From the UHGV virus genome UHGV-1373020: a DNA stretch of 48,743 nucleotides; one strand, 5' to 3'. Positions 20,865 through 33,188 of this stretch are shown here, piece by piece. The notes beneath the pieces were generated by a model. That model was given only the letters and a program-made list of their open reading frames with translations. It was not told the DNA's origin and did no database searches. Made by a program: the position numbers and the translations under genes. How positions within the stretch are numbered: position 1 is the first letter of the stretch; each line of letters starts with the position of its first letter. Origin of the DNA: a virus.

Positions 20865-20984
20865 TGGGTTCCACCAATTCGCCTTCTCGTTCACGCGCAA
20901 CTGGCAATACCAAAACTGGCGGCAAAACTGGCGCAGTGAAGCCAAACGGCTCCACCCGTTCACCGTCGCGCGGTAAGAAATAAT
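20865..20984 (+). CDS. hypothetical very basic protein (39 aa)
   Basis: AGGAG SD. Product MGSTNSPSRSRATGNTKTGGKTGAVKPNGSTRSPSRGKK. Absent from the ORF track. Confidence 0.45.
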
Positions 20985-21423
20985 GTTCGGCGCAGATATT
21001 GCCATCATGATCATGTATGTGCTTGGCTTTGCCTGCACGGGCATGATTGCGTTTCTGGTGTTCATTCCGGCAATGGCGATATCTGCGTATCTTGGATGGG
21101 TGCTTGTTGATTCATTTCCCGCCGAATATCTGTATTACCTTGCGCAGTCTATGGTCTGGTTGTTTCCGGCTATTGCGCTGCGTAAAAGTACAAAGATGGC
21201 GCTCTGTGTGCTGACGATGAGCCTTTACGAATGGCTGGTTGCGATAGAGTCATTCGTATGGGAATTTATCACGCCTGTAGAAACGCCGCTTCATGCGCAG
21301 TACGCATTTATTATTATCGGCATCCATCTGTTCATCCTTTCCATCACTTTTAAATGGGGCGGCGAAATTGGACATTATTCTTGGCGTGGTCGCCATCGTT
21401 TTTTCGCTGATTCAAATCTATAA
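20983..21423 (+). CDS. hypothetical polytopic membrane protein (146 aa)
   Basis: Four or more hydrophobic helices. TAATG overlap with the upstream gene. Confidence 0.6.
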   Translation: MFGADIAIMIMYVLGFACTGMIAFLVFIPAMAISAYLGWVLVDSFPAEYLYYLAQSMVWLFPAIALRKSTKMALCVLTMSLYEWLVAIESFVWEFITPVETPLHAQYAFIIIGIHLFILSITFKWGGEIGHYSWRGRHRFFADSNL

Positions 21424-21455
21424 GTGCTGGAAACATATCATCAGCGAGACACGCA

Positions 21456-21740
21456 ATGAACGGGACACTAAGGCAAGTCGCAGAGCAGATTATAAGCGGA
21501 ACGACAGGACAGGTGATTGATAAGGCTGGATACGCTTCTATTGGCACAGGTATCGGTCTGAAGGTTGCAGAGCAAACACCTGTCACGCAATCTTATTTTG
21601 AGGCTATGATTCCACACAGCCTGACAGAGTGGGCGGCAGTAGCGTCAATCCTCGGCGCCCTGTCTCTGGTAATAAAGAACCTGTTTGAAATGTGGTGGAA
21701 AGTCCGGGAGTCCAAGAAAAATGACAGCACCAACACCTGA
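21456..21740 (+). CDS. hypothetical protein (94 aa, C-terminal TM)
   Basis: Protein-like ORF. Confidence 0.5.
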   Translation: MNGTLRQVAEQIISGTTGQVIDKAGYASIGTGIGLKVAEQTPVTQSYFEAMIPHSLTEWAAVASILGALSLVIKNLFEMWWKVRESKKNDSTNT

Positions 21741-22113
21741 AGAATTAGTAAGCCAGATGGCATCCCGTGGAATGACTATCACCACAACGGATGCGTCTGG
21801 CATTCTGTGCCTTGTGGCGTCAATCAGTGAATGCCTTGAACTGAACTATCCTAATGATGAATGCCGACAAAATGCGATCATGCTGTGGGCTTCCATCCTG
21901 ATTAGCGCAAATACCACTGGTCGCTACGTTACCAGTCAGAGCGCACCATCTGGGGCATCGCAATCATTCGCATATGGCAGTAAGCCATGGGTGGCGCTGT
22001 ACAATCAGATGAAGTTACTGGATACAGCCGGATGCACTGGCGATTTGGTGGAAGACCCTGACGGAAGCGGTAAGCCGTGGTTTGCGGTTGTGCGTGGGAG
22101 TAAGTGTAAATGA
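21721..22113 (+). CDS. hypothetical protein (130 aa)
   Basis: Start is taken at the ATG at 21721. The tracked ORF starts at 21685. Confidence 0.5.
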   Translation: MTAPTPEELVSQMASRGMTITTTDASGILCLVASISECLELNYPNDECRQNAIMLWASILISANTTGRYVTSQSAPSGASQSFAYGSKPWVALYNQMKLLDTAGCTGDLVEDPDGSGKPWFAVVRGSKCK

Positions 22114-22733
22114 AAAGAGTGATGGCTGTATATAAGATTGAAAATACAATAACTAAAGAGATTTATGTTGGCTCAACAATAAACTACATCAATAGAATTG
22201 CTGTGCATCGATACAAAATGAGGAATGGCATGCACAGCCCGCACAGGTTGTATAATGATGGAGCAAAATATGGCGAGTCATTATTCAGATTTTCAATTCT
22301 TGAAATTGTTAGCGATGAATCAATCCTGCTTAGTAGAGAGCAATTCTACATAGATAAGCTAAGTCCTCAATATAATGTGGCAAAAATAGCTGGTACGTGC
22401 TTGGGAGTTCAGGCAACAGATGTGGCTAAAGCTAAAATGAGCAAAAGCAGGATGGGAAAGAATAACTGCTGGTATGGGAAAACCCCACCTTGCTCTATGG
22501 GTCCAAAAACAGAAGAAACAAGAAAGAAAATATCGCAATCAAGAATTGGCGAGAAAAACCCAATGTTCGGCAGGACTCCAAAACACGCTAAATTAACTGA
22601 TGATCAGGTTAGGGAGGTGAGAACCAGACTAGCAAATGGAGAGCACTCACAATCACTTGCTGATGAGTTTGGCGTGTCTAAAGGTGCTATCCAGCACATC
22701 AAGAAAAATCGCTCATATAGGAATGTTTTATGA
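22110..22733 (+). CDS. free-standing GIY-YIG homing endonuclease
   Basis: N-terminal YKIEN...IYVGST...NRIAVHRY matches a GIY-YIG domain. Two NUMOD3-like repeats (SRMGKNNCWYGKTPP, SRIGEKNPMFGRTPK) and a C-terminal HTH follow. AT-rich codon usage. ATGA overlaps on both sides. Confidence 0.85.
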   Translation: MKRVMAVYKIENTITKEIYVGSTINYINRIAVHRYKMRNGMHSPHRLYNDGAKYGESLFRFSILEIVSDESILLSREQFYIDKLSPQYNVAKIAGTCLGVQATDVAKAKMSKSRMGKNNCWYGKTPPCSMGPKTEETRKKISQSRIGEKNPMFGRTPKHAKLTDDQVREVRTRLANGEHSQSLADEFGVSKGAIQHIKKNRSYRNVL

Positions 22734-23071
22734 CCTCAATCTCTCGGTTCTCCTATACGCAACCATGCACAATCTGGCACAAAAGCGGCACTGATAAATA
22801 CGGCAAGCCAACATTCGGCGCACCAGTAAGCATTATGTGTGACTATGGCTTTAACGATGATGTATCTACCGATGCGAAAGGTAATGAGATTGTGCAGAAA
22901 AACACCTTCTGGACAGAATACACTAACGCCAAAGTGGGTGATTACATCATGATTGGCACGGTAACAGATGCTGACCCGCTGACAGCTGGCGCAAACCAGA
23001 TTCTGAATGTGATTAACTATGGCAACACTTTTCAAAGAAGTGAGCCGCCTGATTTTGCGCTGGTGACATAA
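22730..23071 (+). CDS. putative head-tail adaptor / head completion protein
   Basis: Position and size (113 aa), at the head of the neck gene trio. Confidence 0.5.
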   Translation: MTSISRFSYTQPCTIWHKSGTDKYGKPTFGAPVSIMCDYGFNDDVSTDAKGNEIVQKNTFWTEYTNAKVGDYIMIGTVTDADPLTAGANQILNVINYGNTFQRSEPPDFALVT

Positions 23072-23469
23072 TGCCAGCGAAATTAAGAGGCATCCGCCAG
23101 GCTGTAGAAAGAACATCGCAGATTGTGGATGAGATAATCGCCACGAAAGCGGTGCGTGCATTAAAGTCAGCGACATACATCATCCGCACCGAATCAGCCA
23201 CATTGACGCCAATTGATACGTCAACTCTGATTAACAGTCAGTTTGATACCGTGGAAGTTAGCGGAACGCGAATCACTGGCAAGGTTGGCTATTCCGCGAA
23301 ATATGCGCTGTATGTCCATAACGCCAGTGGGAAACTTGCAGGGAAACCTCGCAGCAACGGCAATGGCGCATACTGGTCGCCGAATGCTGAACCGCAATTT
23401 TTAACCAAAGCGGCACAGCGCACGAAAGACCTTGTCGATAGCGTGATTAAGAAGGAGATGAAACTGTGA
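23071..23469 (+). CDS. HK97 gp10-like head-tail joining protein
   Basis: The KYALYVHNASG region resembles the HK97 gp10 family motif. Confidence 0.55.
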   Translation: MPAKLRGIRQAVERTSQIVDEIIATKAVRALKSATYIIRTESATLTPIDTSTLINSQFDTVEVSGTRITGKVGYSAKYALYVHNASGKLAGKPRSNGNGAYWSPNAEPQFLTKAAQRTKDLVDSVIKKEMKL

Positions 23470-23840
23470 ACATGCTTGAGCTGGTTGATGCATATCTTCA
23501 GGGTGCCGGATTGTATGATGGCTGGACTTCGCAGTTGCAGTTCTGGAATGACACCGGAGATGGAAATGAGCAATTTATTGTTCTGCAATCCAATGGTGGC
23601 ACGCAGGTGATGGATGGCCTCGGCGGTGATTTCTATTTCTCGCTGTATGTTGTCGGTAAACATGGTCAATACAATGTGTCGGATGTTGACGCTAAAGCCA
23701 ATGAGATTATCGAATTCATCAAGACACATCCGATTGATTCATGCGTTAACTACATCCAGTTGCAAGCGCCACTTGGCAGGCCAATGCTGACGGAAGAAAA
23801 GCGGCCTGTGCATGAGTTGCTTTTGCGGGTCGTGAAATAA
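23466..23840 (+). CDS. putative tail terminator / tail completion protein
   Basis: Position: last gene before the terminator and the major tail locus. Confidence 0.5.
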   Translation: MNMLELVDAYLQGAGLYDGWTSQLQFWNDTGDGNEQFIVLQSNGGTQVMDGLGGDFYFSLYVVGKHGQYNVSDVDAKANEIIEFIKTHPIDSCVNYIQLQAPLGRPMLTEEKRPVHELLLRVVK

Positions 23841-23842
23841 AT

Positions 23843-23868
23843 AAAGCCGCATAAAGCGGCTTTTAATT
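23843..23868. terminator. bidirectional terminator
   Basis: AAAGCCGC-ataaa-GCGGCTTT with flanking A and T runs. It serves both the neck genes on + and the tRNA on -. Confidence 0.6.
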
Positions 23869-23945
23869 TGGTGGACACGGACGGATTTGAACCTTCAATC
23901 AGCCGATTATTAGTCGGTTGCTTTAACCAATTAAGCTACGTGTCC
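23869..23945 (-). tRNA. tRNA-like gene, 77 nt with encoded CCA, anticodon loop CUAAUAA (AAU by standard numbering)
   Basis: Perfect 7-bp acceptor stem GGACACG/CGTGTCC and perfect D stem GCTT/AAGC. The D loop has GG and the T loop is TTCAAAT. U33 and A37 are present. There is one A-C mismatch in the anticodon stem and one A-G mismatch in the T stem. Confidence 0.55.
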
Positions 23946-23949
23946 ATAA

Positions 23950-24480
23950 GTGCTGGTTTAAGCATTGCTAGCGTGCTTTCTTAACATCCAGCCCCGTAAC
24001 CCATACATACCCCTACATATGATTGCGATAATACTGGATGTTAAGTGTTGTGGTGGCCGGTGCTGATCTCCGGCTTGATGATTCCCCGTGTCTTGTGGCC
24101 GCTAACCTTTTCATCTACGGAGGCGGGTCAGTTAATCCCTGCCTACCCGGTGTAACCACCGGAACCCACGCGAGTTAGCGCATCAGCCTGCGCATTCACC
24201 ACAACGGTAAGAGCACTGGCTAACCAAGCGCGCCGACTCTTCACGATTATCGGCTCAATGCTCTTACCTGTTGTGTTCCCTGACTTATTAATCACACCTC
24301 AGGGACGCAGTGCGCCGAATTTGTTTACAAGGAGTCGGAAGACCTTGCTGACTTACAGGCTATTACGCCGCCATCAGAACAACATCATCGTTTGCATTTA
24401 TCTTTGTGGTCAGTTTCTAAAAAGTCAGCAAAGTCGCTCACGAAAACCATCTGAAATACAATCTACACCACAAAATAATC
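23950..24480. other. ORF-free, GC-rich, hairpin-dense non-coding region; candidate structured RNA or cis element
   Basis: No ORF of 60 aa or more in any frame across about 420 bp. Long-range pairing GGTAAGAGCA...TGCTCTTACC (10 bp) and many perfect local hairpins are present. Confidence 0.4.
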
Positions 24481-24494
24481 ACTGTCAACACCTG

Positions 24495-24503
24495 TGATAT
24501 AAT
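24495..24503 (+). promoter_or_regulatory. extended -10 (TGaTATAAT) upstream of the major tail gene
   Basis: Lies 36 nt upstream of the ATG at 24540, preceded by CAATCTACACC. Confidence 0.45.
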
Positions 24504-24539
24504 CACCACGTTAGCAGCTAACACAATTCGGAGATCGAA

Positions 24540-25256
24540 ATGGCTATTTGTGCAAATGATAAAGGCGTTCTGGTTGGTAGCATGACCCGCCTGTTCCTTG
24601 CTGAAGGGTGCGGCGACGCAGTTCCGGAGGCGGGAGACTGGAAGTATTTAGGATCAACCACCAGTAAAGGTGTTGACTACTCGCCGCAGACCACTACGTC
24701 GGAAGCTGATACCACTGGCGGCTTTGTTTCCACTCTCGTTACCAGCTCTGATATGACCATCAGTGCAGAGGTTGAAATCCGCAAGAATGACCCGAGCGAT
24801 GAGTTTGGCTTCCATCGTCTGGTTGAGATTTACGCCACTGAACTTAAAGCTCGTCGCCAGCCTTCCTTGTGGGTGCGTCAGGTGACTGGTGCAACTATCG
24901 TTACAGCGTACTGCAACATCACCAGCATCAGCTACGAAGGCGGCACGAACGACATCGTAACCGGCAGCCTTGAGTTCAAAGTTTACGATTCTGACAGCGT
25001 TACCGTTGAAAGTCTTGAGCCTCTGGCATTCACTACTGACCTGCAATCAACTGGCACCACTGGCAGCCCGTTAACCGTTGCGGTTGAGGGTGGTGTATCC
25101 CCATACACCTACGTGTGGCGCAAAGATGGCGTAGTTGTTGGTGGTGAATCTGGTGCGACACTGGCAAGCCCTACCGCTGGCGTGTATACCGTCACGGTCA
25201 CGGATTCGTCCACTGACCCGGAAATTATTATCAGCACGGCGTGCACCGTATCCTGA
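24540..25256 (+). CDS. major tail protein with a C-terminal Ig-like domain
   Basis: 238 aa. The C-terminal quarter is a Thr/Ser/Val-rich beta-sandwich-like segment as in lambda gpV. A strong terminator follows. Confidence 0.75.
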   Translation: MAICANDKGVLVGSMTRLFLAEGCGDAVPEAGDWKYLGSTTSKGVDYSPQTTTSEADTTGGFVSTLVTSSDMTISAEVEIRKNDPSDEFGFHRLVEIYATELKARRQPSLWVRQVTGATIVTAYCNITSISYEGGTNDIVTGSLEFKVYDSDSVTVESLEPLAFTTDLQSTGTTGSPLTVAVEGGVSPYTYVWRKDGVVVGGESGATLASPTAGVYTVTVTDSSTDPEIIISTACTVS

Positions 25257-25257
25257 T

Positions 25258-25290
25258 AAAGAAAAAGCCCCGAAAGGGGCTTTGTTTTAT
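25258..25290. terminator. bidirectional terminator
   Basis: AAAGCCCC-gaaa-GGGGCTTT-GTTTTATT. Confidence 0.65.
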
Positions 25291-25487
25291 TCTCGTGGTG
25301 GTTCCGGTAACGGCATCCAGTGAGTCACGTACTTACCATAGTGATTCCAGAATGGCTTTCTCTCGTCGTCAGGGACAATGTAATAATCGTGCTGAACTGC
25401 GTTATTCAACGTTTCATACACCAGGAACTCTTTATCGGCACTACCGTTACCGGGGAGCATCTCACTGCACCTAATCCACCGACTCAT
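25287..25487 (-). CDS. DUF551-like protein
   Basis: MSRWIRCSEMLP is the N-terminal signature common in enterobacterial prophage DUF551 proteins (from memory). Confidence 0.5.
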   Translation of the reverse strand: MSRWIRCSEMLPGNGSADKEFLVYETLNNAVQHDYYIVPDDERKPFWNHYGKYVTHWMPLPEPPRE

Positions 25488-25837
25488 AGCTTGTCCTCAT
25501 TCATTTTCAGGAAGACGATCATGGCGGAGCGGAGTGGGTTTTTATCTTGAGTAAAATGGTATGGCTTATCATCATCGCCAACCTTTCTGTGAGCAGCTTT
25601 CCATACTCCATTATCTGGTGCTGGGATAGTGCCGATTCTGTTTTCAATAATAATAGGTTGAGCATCAGCTGGGTTGTTGCATGGGTCAAACTTTCGCTTA
25701 ATGTTCTTTTCATCAAAAAAGAAAAATCCATCTGAACTGATATGAGCTAACCCTCCGTTGGGGCAAAGATTTCCACTCACAAAAAAGAAAAACTTTTGCG
25801 CTATTTGTGAATCACTCATGTCTTCATAATTTTTCAT
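25484..25837 (-). CDS. hypothetical protein (117 aa; NPADAQPII motif, DUF2591-like)
   Basis: Motif recalled from phage DUF2591 proteins. Confidence 0.5.
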   Translation of the reverse strand: MKNYEDMSDSQIAQKFFFFVSGNLCPNGGLAHISSDGFFFFDEKNIKRKFDPCNNPADAQPIIIENRIGTIPAPDNGVWKAAHRKVGDDDKPYHFTQDKNPLRSAMIVFLKMNEDKL

Positions 25838-25977
25838 ATCACCTTATCCTCATCAAAAATCACACCAATCACGCGGAGTAAGTCTTTCGCCATGCGTTCC
25901 GCTTCTTCATAGTCGTAACCTGCATCGACATACAAATCAGTGTAGAAAATCAGGTCGGCTTTTGTTTGTTCGTTCAT
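25834..25977 (-). CDS. hypothetical acidic protein (47 aa)
   Basis: MNEQTKADLIFYTDLYVDAGYDYEEAERMAKDLLRVIGVIFDEDKVI. ATGA overlaps with its neighbours. Absent from the ORF track. Confidence 0.4.
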   Translation of the reverse strand: MNEQTKADLIFYTDLYVDAGYDYEEAERMAKDLLRVIGVIFDEDKVI

Positions 25978-26168
25978 TTCTTGTCGCCACTGTTAACTAA
26001 TGCCCAGACAAGTGCTGCAACCCACCCAATAAAGCTCCATCCTACAAGAATATTCAGCACACAGATTGCTGTCGTGTTTGCGTGTTTTCTTTGCAAAGCC
26101 ACAATTGATGGAAGAAGATAAGCAAACACAACCAATCCAGCGAAAAGCAACAAAATAACAATATCCAT
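25974..26168 (-). CDS. superinfection immunity (Imm-like) membrane protein
   Basis: Two TM helices with the VGWSFIGWVAALVWAL motif typical of phage Imm-family proteins. Confidence 0.55.
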   Translation of the reverse strand: MDIVILLLFAGLVVFAYLLPSIVALQRKHANTTAICVLNILVGWSFIGWVAALVWALVNSGDKK

Positions 26169-26203
26169 AACTCACCTCATTCATATCTCGTTTCGATGAC
26201 TTG

Positions 26204-26232
26204 AATCTACATCACCACCTCGCAGGTGTCAA
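26204..26232 (-). promoter_or_regulatory. sigma70-like promoter TTGACA-N17-TAGATT
   Basis: Reverse complement reads TTGACA CCTGCGAGGTGGTGATG TAGATT. The 13-mer is embedded. Confidence 0.55.
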
Positions 26233-26243
26233 CATCAACGAGA

Positions 26244-26252
26244 TGATATAAT
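26244..26252 (+). promoter_or_regulatory. extended -10 TGaTATAAT for the tail chaperone / TMP operon (divergent from the previous promoter)
   Basis: Perfect TATAAT with TG at -15/-14, about 21-30 nt upstream of the first ATGs. Confidence 0.5.
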
Positions 26253-26272
26253 CAACATCAGTCAAATTCAGG

Positions 26273-26989
26273 ATGCAAAACATGAGCAATCGCACGCCAC
26301 TAACAGAAATCGGGGAGATGCGCATCTCGCTTTCTGACAGGAGTTTTTTCTTCAAGCCATCATTCCGCGCCATGAATGAAATTGGCACACCGAAAGAAAT
26401 CGTCGAGGTGTACGCCAGACTCAATGGCATTGATTATGTTGCGCCGTTGCAGCACGTCGAATACCTGCCATTTGGTGCGCAGGTGCAGGTTATGAAAACC
26501 ATCAGTAAGCCAGTGTATGGTCGCCATGTGCTGGGTGCGGCCTATATCGTCATGCAGTCATGCTGTGAGGATGATGTTTCAGTGCTGATTGGTGGTTGGA
26601 AGCCAACTCCGCGCGGTGTGCGATATGTTACCGGCATCATGCCAGTGAGCGACATTATTATTATTGCGCGCAACCTGATGCAGCACGGCATCATTGGCAA
26701 ATCCCCACTCAAGGTTCCTGAGCGACTGGAAGATCAGGGCAAGAAAACAACAAACGAGTTTCATGCGTCGCAATACATCATCTCAGCACGCACGCATTTC
26801 GACATGACGCGCGATGAGGCAGAAAACCTGTCCATGACAGAGTTTCAGATGATGATTAAGAATAAATATCCAGAACCGAAAGGGTTAACGAAAGAAGAGC
26901 GCGCGGCAGAGTACGATCAGGCTAAAGCAGACCGCGAGCGCATGAAGGCACTGGCTGAACGCAAAGCGAAAAAAGCGAGGAACACATAA
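26273..26989 (+). CDS. putative tail assembly chaperone
   Basis: Immediately upstream of the TMP. Lys/Glu-rich C-terminus. An alternative start at 26282 has an AGGA SD. Confidence 0.55.
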   Translation: MQNMSNRTPLTEIGEMRISLSDRSFFFKPSFRAMNEIGTPKEIVEVYARLNGIDYVAPLQHVEYLPFGAQVQVMKTISKPVYGRHVLGAAYIVMQSCCEDDVSVLIGGWKPTPRGVRYVTGIMPVSDIIIIARNLMQHGIIGKSPLKVPERLEDQGKKTTNEFHASQYIISARTHFDMTRDEAENLSMTEFQMMIKNKYPEPKGLTKEERAAEYDQAKADRERMKALAERKAKKARNT

Positions 26990-29357
26990 TGGCTGAAGAA
27001 GTCGGCGGAATTGTCTATGAAGTCGGGATGGATGTTAAAGGCCTGAAAGCAGGCGCGACAACAGCCAATAAGACTTTAGATGACCTTGAATCATCAACCA
27101 ACAAAACCACAAGCGCACTTGGCAAGCTGGATAAAAACGCCAGAAATGCTGGCGGTGGGATGAAGAATGCTGGCGGCGCAGCTTCAGGGCTAAAAACGCA
27201 GATGACGGCTCTTGCTGGCGCAATCTCGGTCTCATTAATTATCGGATGGGGCAAGGCGTTCCTTGATATAGCCGATAACATGACGCAATTACAAGCAAGG
27301 ATAAAAAGATTAACTGGTGATGCAGAGACTGCAAAGGAAACATTCAATTCATTAACAAATATCGCCTCTACCACTGGCGCAAGCCTTAGCGATACCACAA
27401 AGTTGTGGGAAACATTAACGTCATCACTGAAAGAGGCTGGCGCGACAAATGCGCAAGTTCTGAACCTTACTGACACTCTGCAAAAAATAGGTCGAATCGG
27501 CGGGTCATCAACCGAAGAAATGGCTAACGCCCTGCGCCAGTTCGGTCAGTCAATCGCATCTGGCACAATCCGCGCCGAAGAATTTAACTCCATCCTTGAA
27601 CAGATGCCTGAACTTGCACGCCAGATTGCGGCGGGTCTTGGCATTTCAATGGGTGAACTTCGCGCCAGAATGCTTGATGGCAAACTGACAGCAGAAGATG
27701 CACTGAATGCCATTCAGGACAGGACAAGTGTCGTCAATGCTGAGTTCGCAAAGCTACCGCGCTCTATATCTCAGGCGACTGGCAGTCTTGAAACATCATT
27801 TGCAAAAATGATAGCAAGCATAAACGACGCAACAGGAGCCAGTTCTACCTTTGTTTCAGTTATTGACTCTATTACCTCAGCAATCAACAGACTAACTGGT
27901 CAGACTATAGGTGCGGCAGAGGTTATTTCTGATTTGACATCAACAGCAGAGATGTTCAGTCGCAGAGCAAGAACATGGTCATGGGTTGGCATTGATGGTT
28001 GGGCTGCGCAGAATCAGGCCATAGCGGCGGTAGCAAATCAGGCAGCCACATTGGTCGCGGATATGGATGCTGTCACCAAATCGACAGGAGATGCGGCAAA
28101 GGCGCAGGCGCACTTGACAGTGCCAAAAGCAGCAGAGAAAGAGAAAAAGAAAAAAGGCAAAAGCGCCGAAGAACGACAAGCTGAGTCAGTGGCTGAAAAG
28201 CTGGAGAAATTACGCCAGCAAACCATGCTTAATGCCACATCTACCAGCGAACTCTCCCGAGAGCAAGCAATCCTCAACGCGCAGCAATCGCTTGGCAAGG
28301 CCGCCACTCAGGAGCAAATAAAACTGGCTGGCGAGTACGCAGCGAAGATTTGGGACCAGAAGAATGCACTAAAGGAACAGGCGGCTGCGGAGAAGGAAAA
28401 GCAGCGAGTAGAACAATCATATCAGGGATTGCGCGCTATTGCGTCACCAACGACTGGCATTGATAGCGAATACCAGCAACGCATGGCTGACCTTGATGCC
28501 TACGCCTCAGCATATCCGCAGAAAATCACTGAGATTGAACAGACTCGCGCAGCAATTGAAGCACAATACCGCCAGCAGCGAATAGATGCCATGTGGGCAG
28601 AATGGCAGCAGCAAAGCCTCGGCGCGCAACTGTTCGGCACAGCTCTTGATTCGGCAATGAGTACAGCATCAAACAGCATTACCGGATTGCTGACAGGCAC
28701 AATGAGCGTTCAGGATGCAATGCGTAGCCTAGGCTCTACGGTGCTCAACTCTCTGGTAAACAGCTTTGTCGAAATGGGCGTGCAGTGGGTTAAATCTGCT
28801 GTTATGGGGCAGACTGCGCAGGTTGCAGCCACAGCAACAACCACAGCGGCGCAAACGGCAGGACTGGCAACCACAACAGCAGCATCGACGGCGGCTGCAG
28901 CCACCACTACCGCAGCGTGGACTCCTGCGGCAATGGTCGCTTCCATAGCATCATTTGGCGGAGCTGCCGCGATTGGTATCGGTGCGGTGCTCGGCGCACT
29001 GGCGATGGGCGTCGCTGGCAAGCGTAAAAATGGTGGCCCTGTTAGTGCCGGAAGTATGTACGAAGTGGGCGAAAATGGCTTGCCTGAAATATTCCAGGCG
29101 TCCAACGGTTGCCAGTATATGATTCCCGGTAACGATGGCTCAGTTATCAGCAACAAAGACATTACCGGAGGTGGTAGTGGCGTTGTGGTTTATAATAACG
29201 TCATCAATAACAGCTCAGCGCAGGTTAGCAGCAGCGCCAGAGATAATGGTGACGGCAGCGTGACGATTGAGACTATTGTTAGTGATATCGAAAACAACGG
29301 GCCTATAGGGCAAAGCATCGGTAGGAACTACAACGCCAACAGGAGAGCAACAGAATA

Positions 29358-29358
<1 letters not shown>
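26989..29358 (+). CDS. tail tape measure protein
   Basis: 789 aa with long helical Ala/Gln/Glu-rich stretches, an ATTTAA low-complexity repeat, and a Gly-rich hydrophobic segment near the C-terminus. Confidence 0.9.
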
Positions 29359-33159
<3,801 letters not shown>

Positions 33160-33188
33160 TACAATAGGGCAATTAATTATTATGGAGA

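Noticed and set aside
23869-23948. tRNA encoded on the + strand at this locus
   Set aside because: Only the - strand gives the TTCAAAT T-loop, the GG D-loop and the 3' CCA. The + strand lacks all three.
24258-24497. 79-aa + strand ORF inside the structured non-coding region
   Set aside because: It has no RBS, the product is low-complexity and Arg/Leu/Gln-rich, and it spans the predicted RNA hairpins and the major-tail promoter.
26960-26989. A AAA AAG slippery heptamer at the end of the tail chaperone gene, a possible G/GT-type -1 frameshift
   Set aside because: The -1 frame hits a stop after only 8 codons, so no extended product is possible here.
28710-29162. 150-aa Ala/Val-rich - strand ORF, plus 27015-27476 and 28038-28307, opposite the tape measure gene
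   Set aside because: These are antisense to the Ala/Thr-rich repeat region of the tape measure gene and are compositional artefacts.
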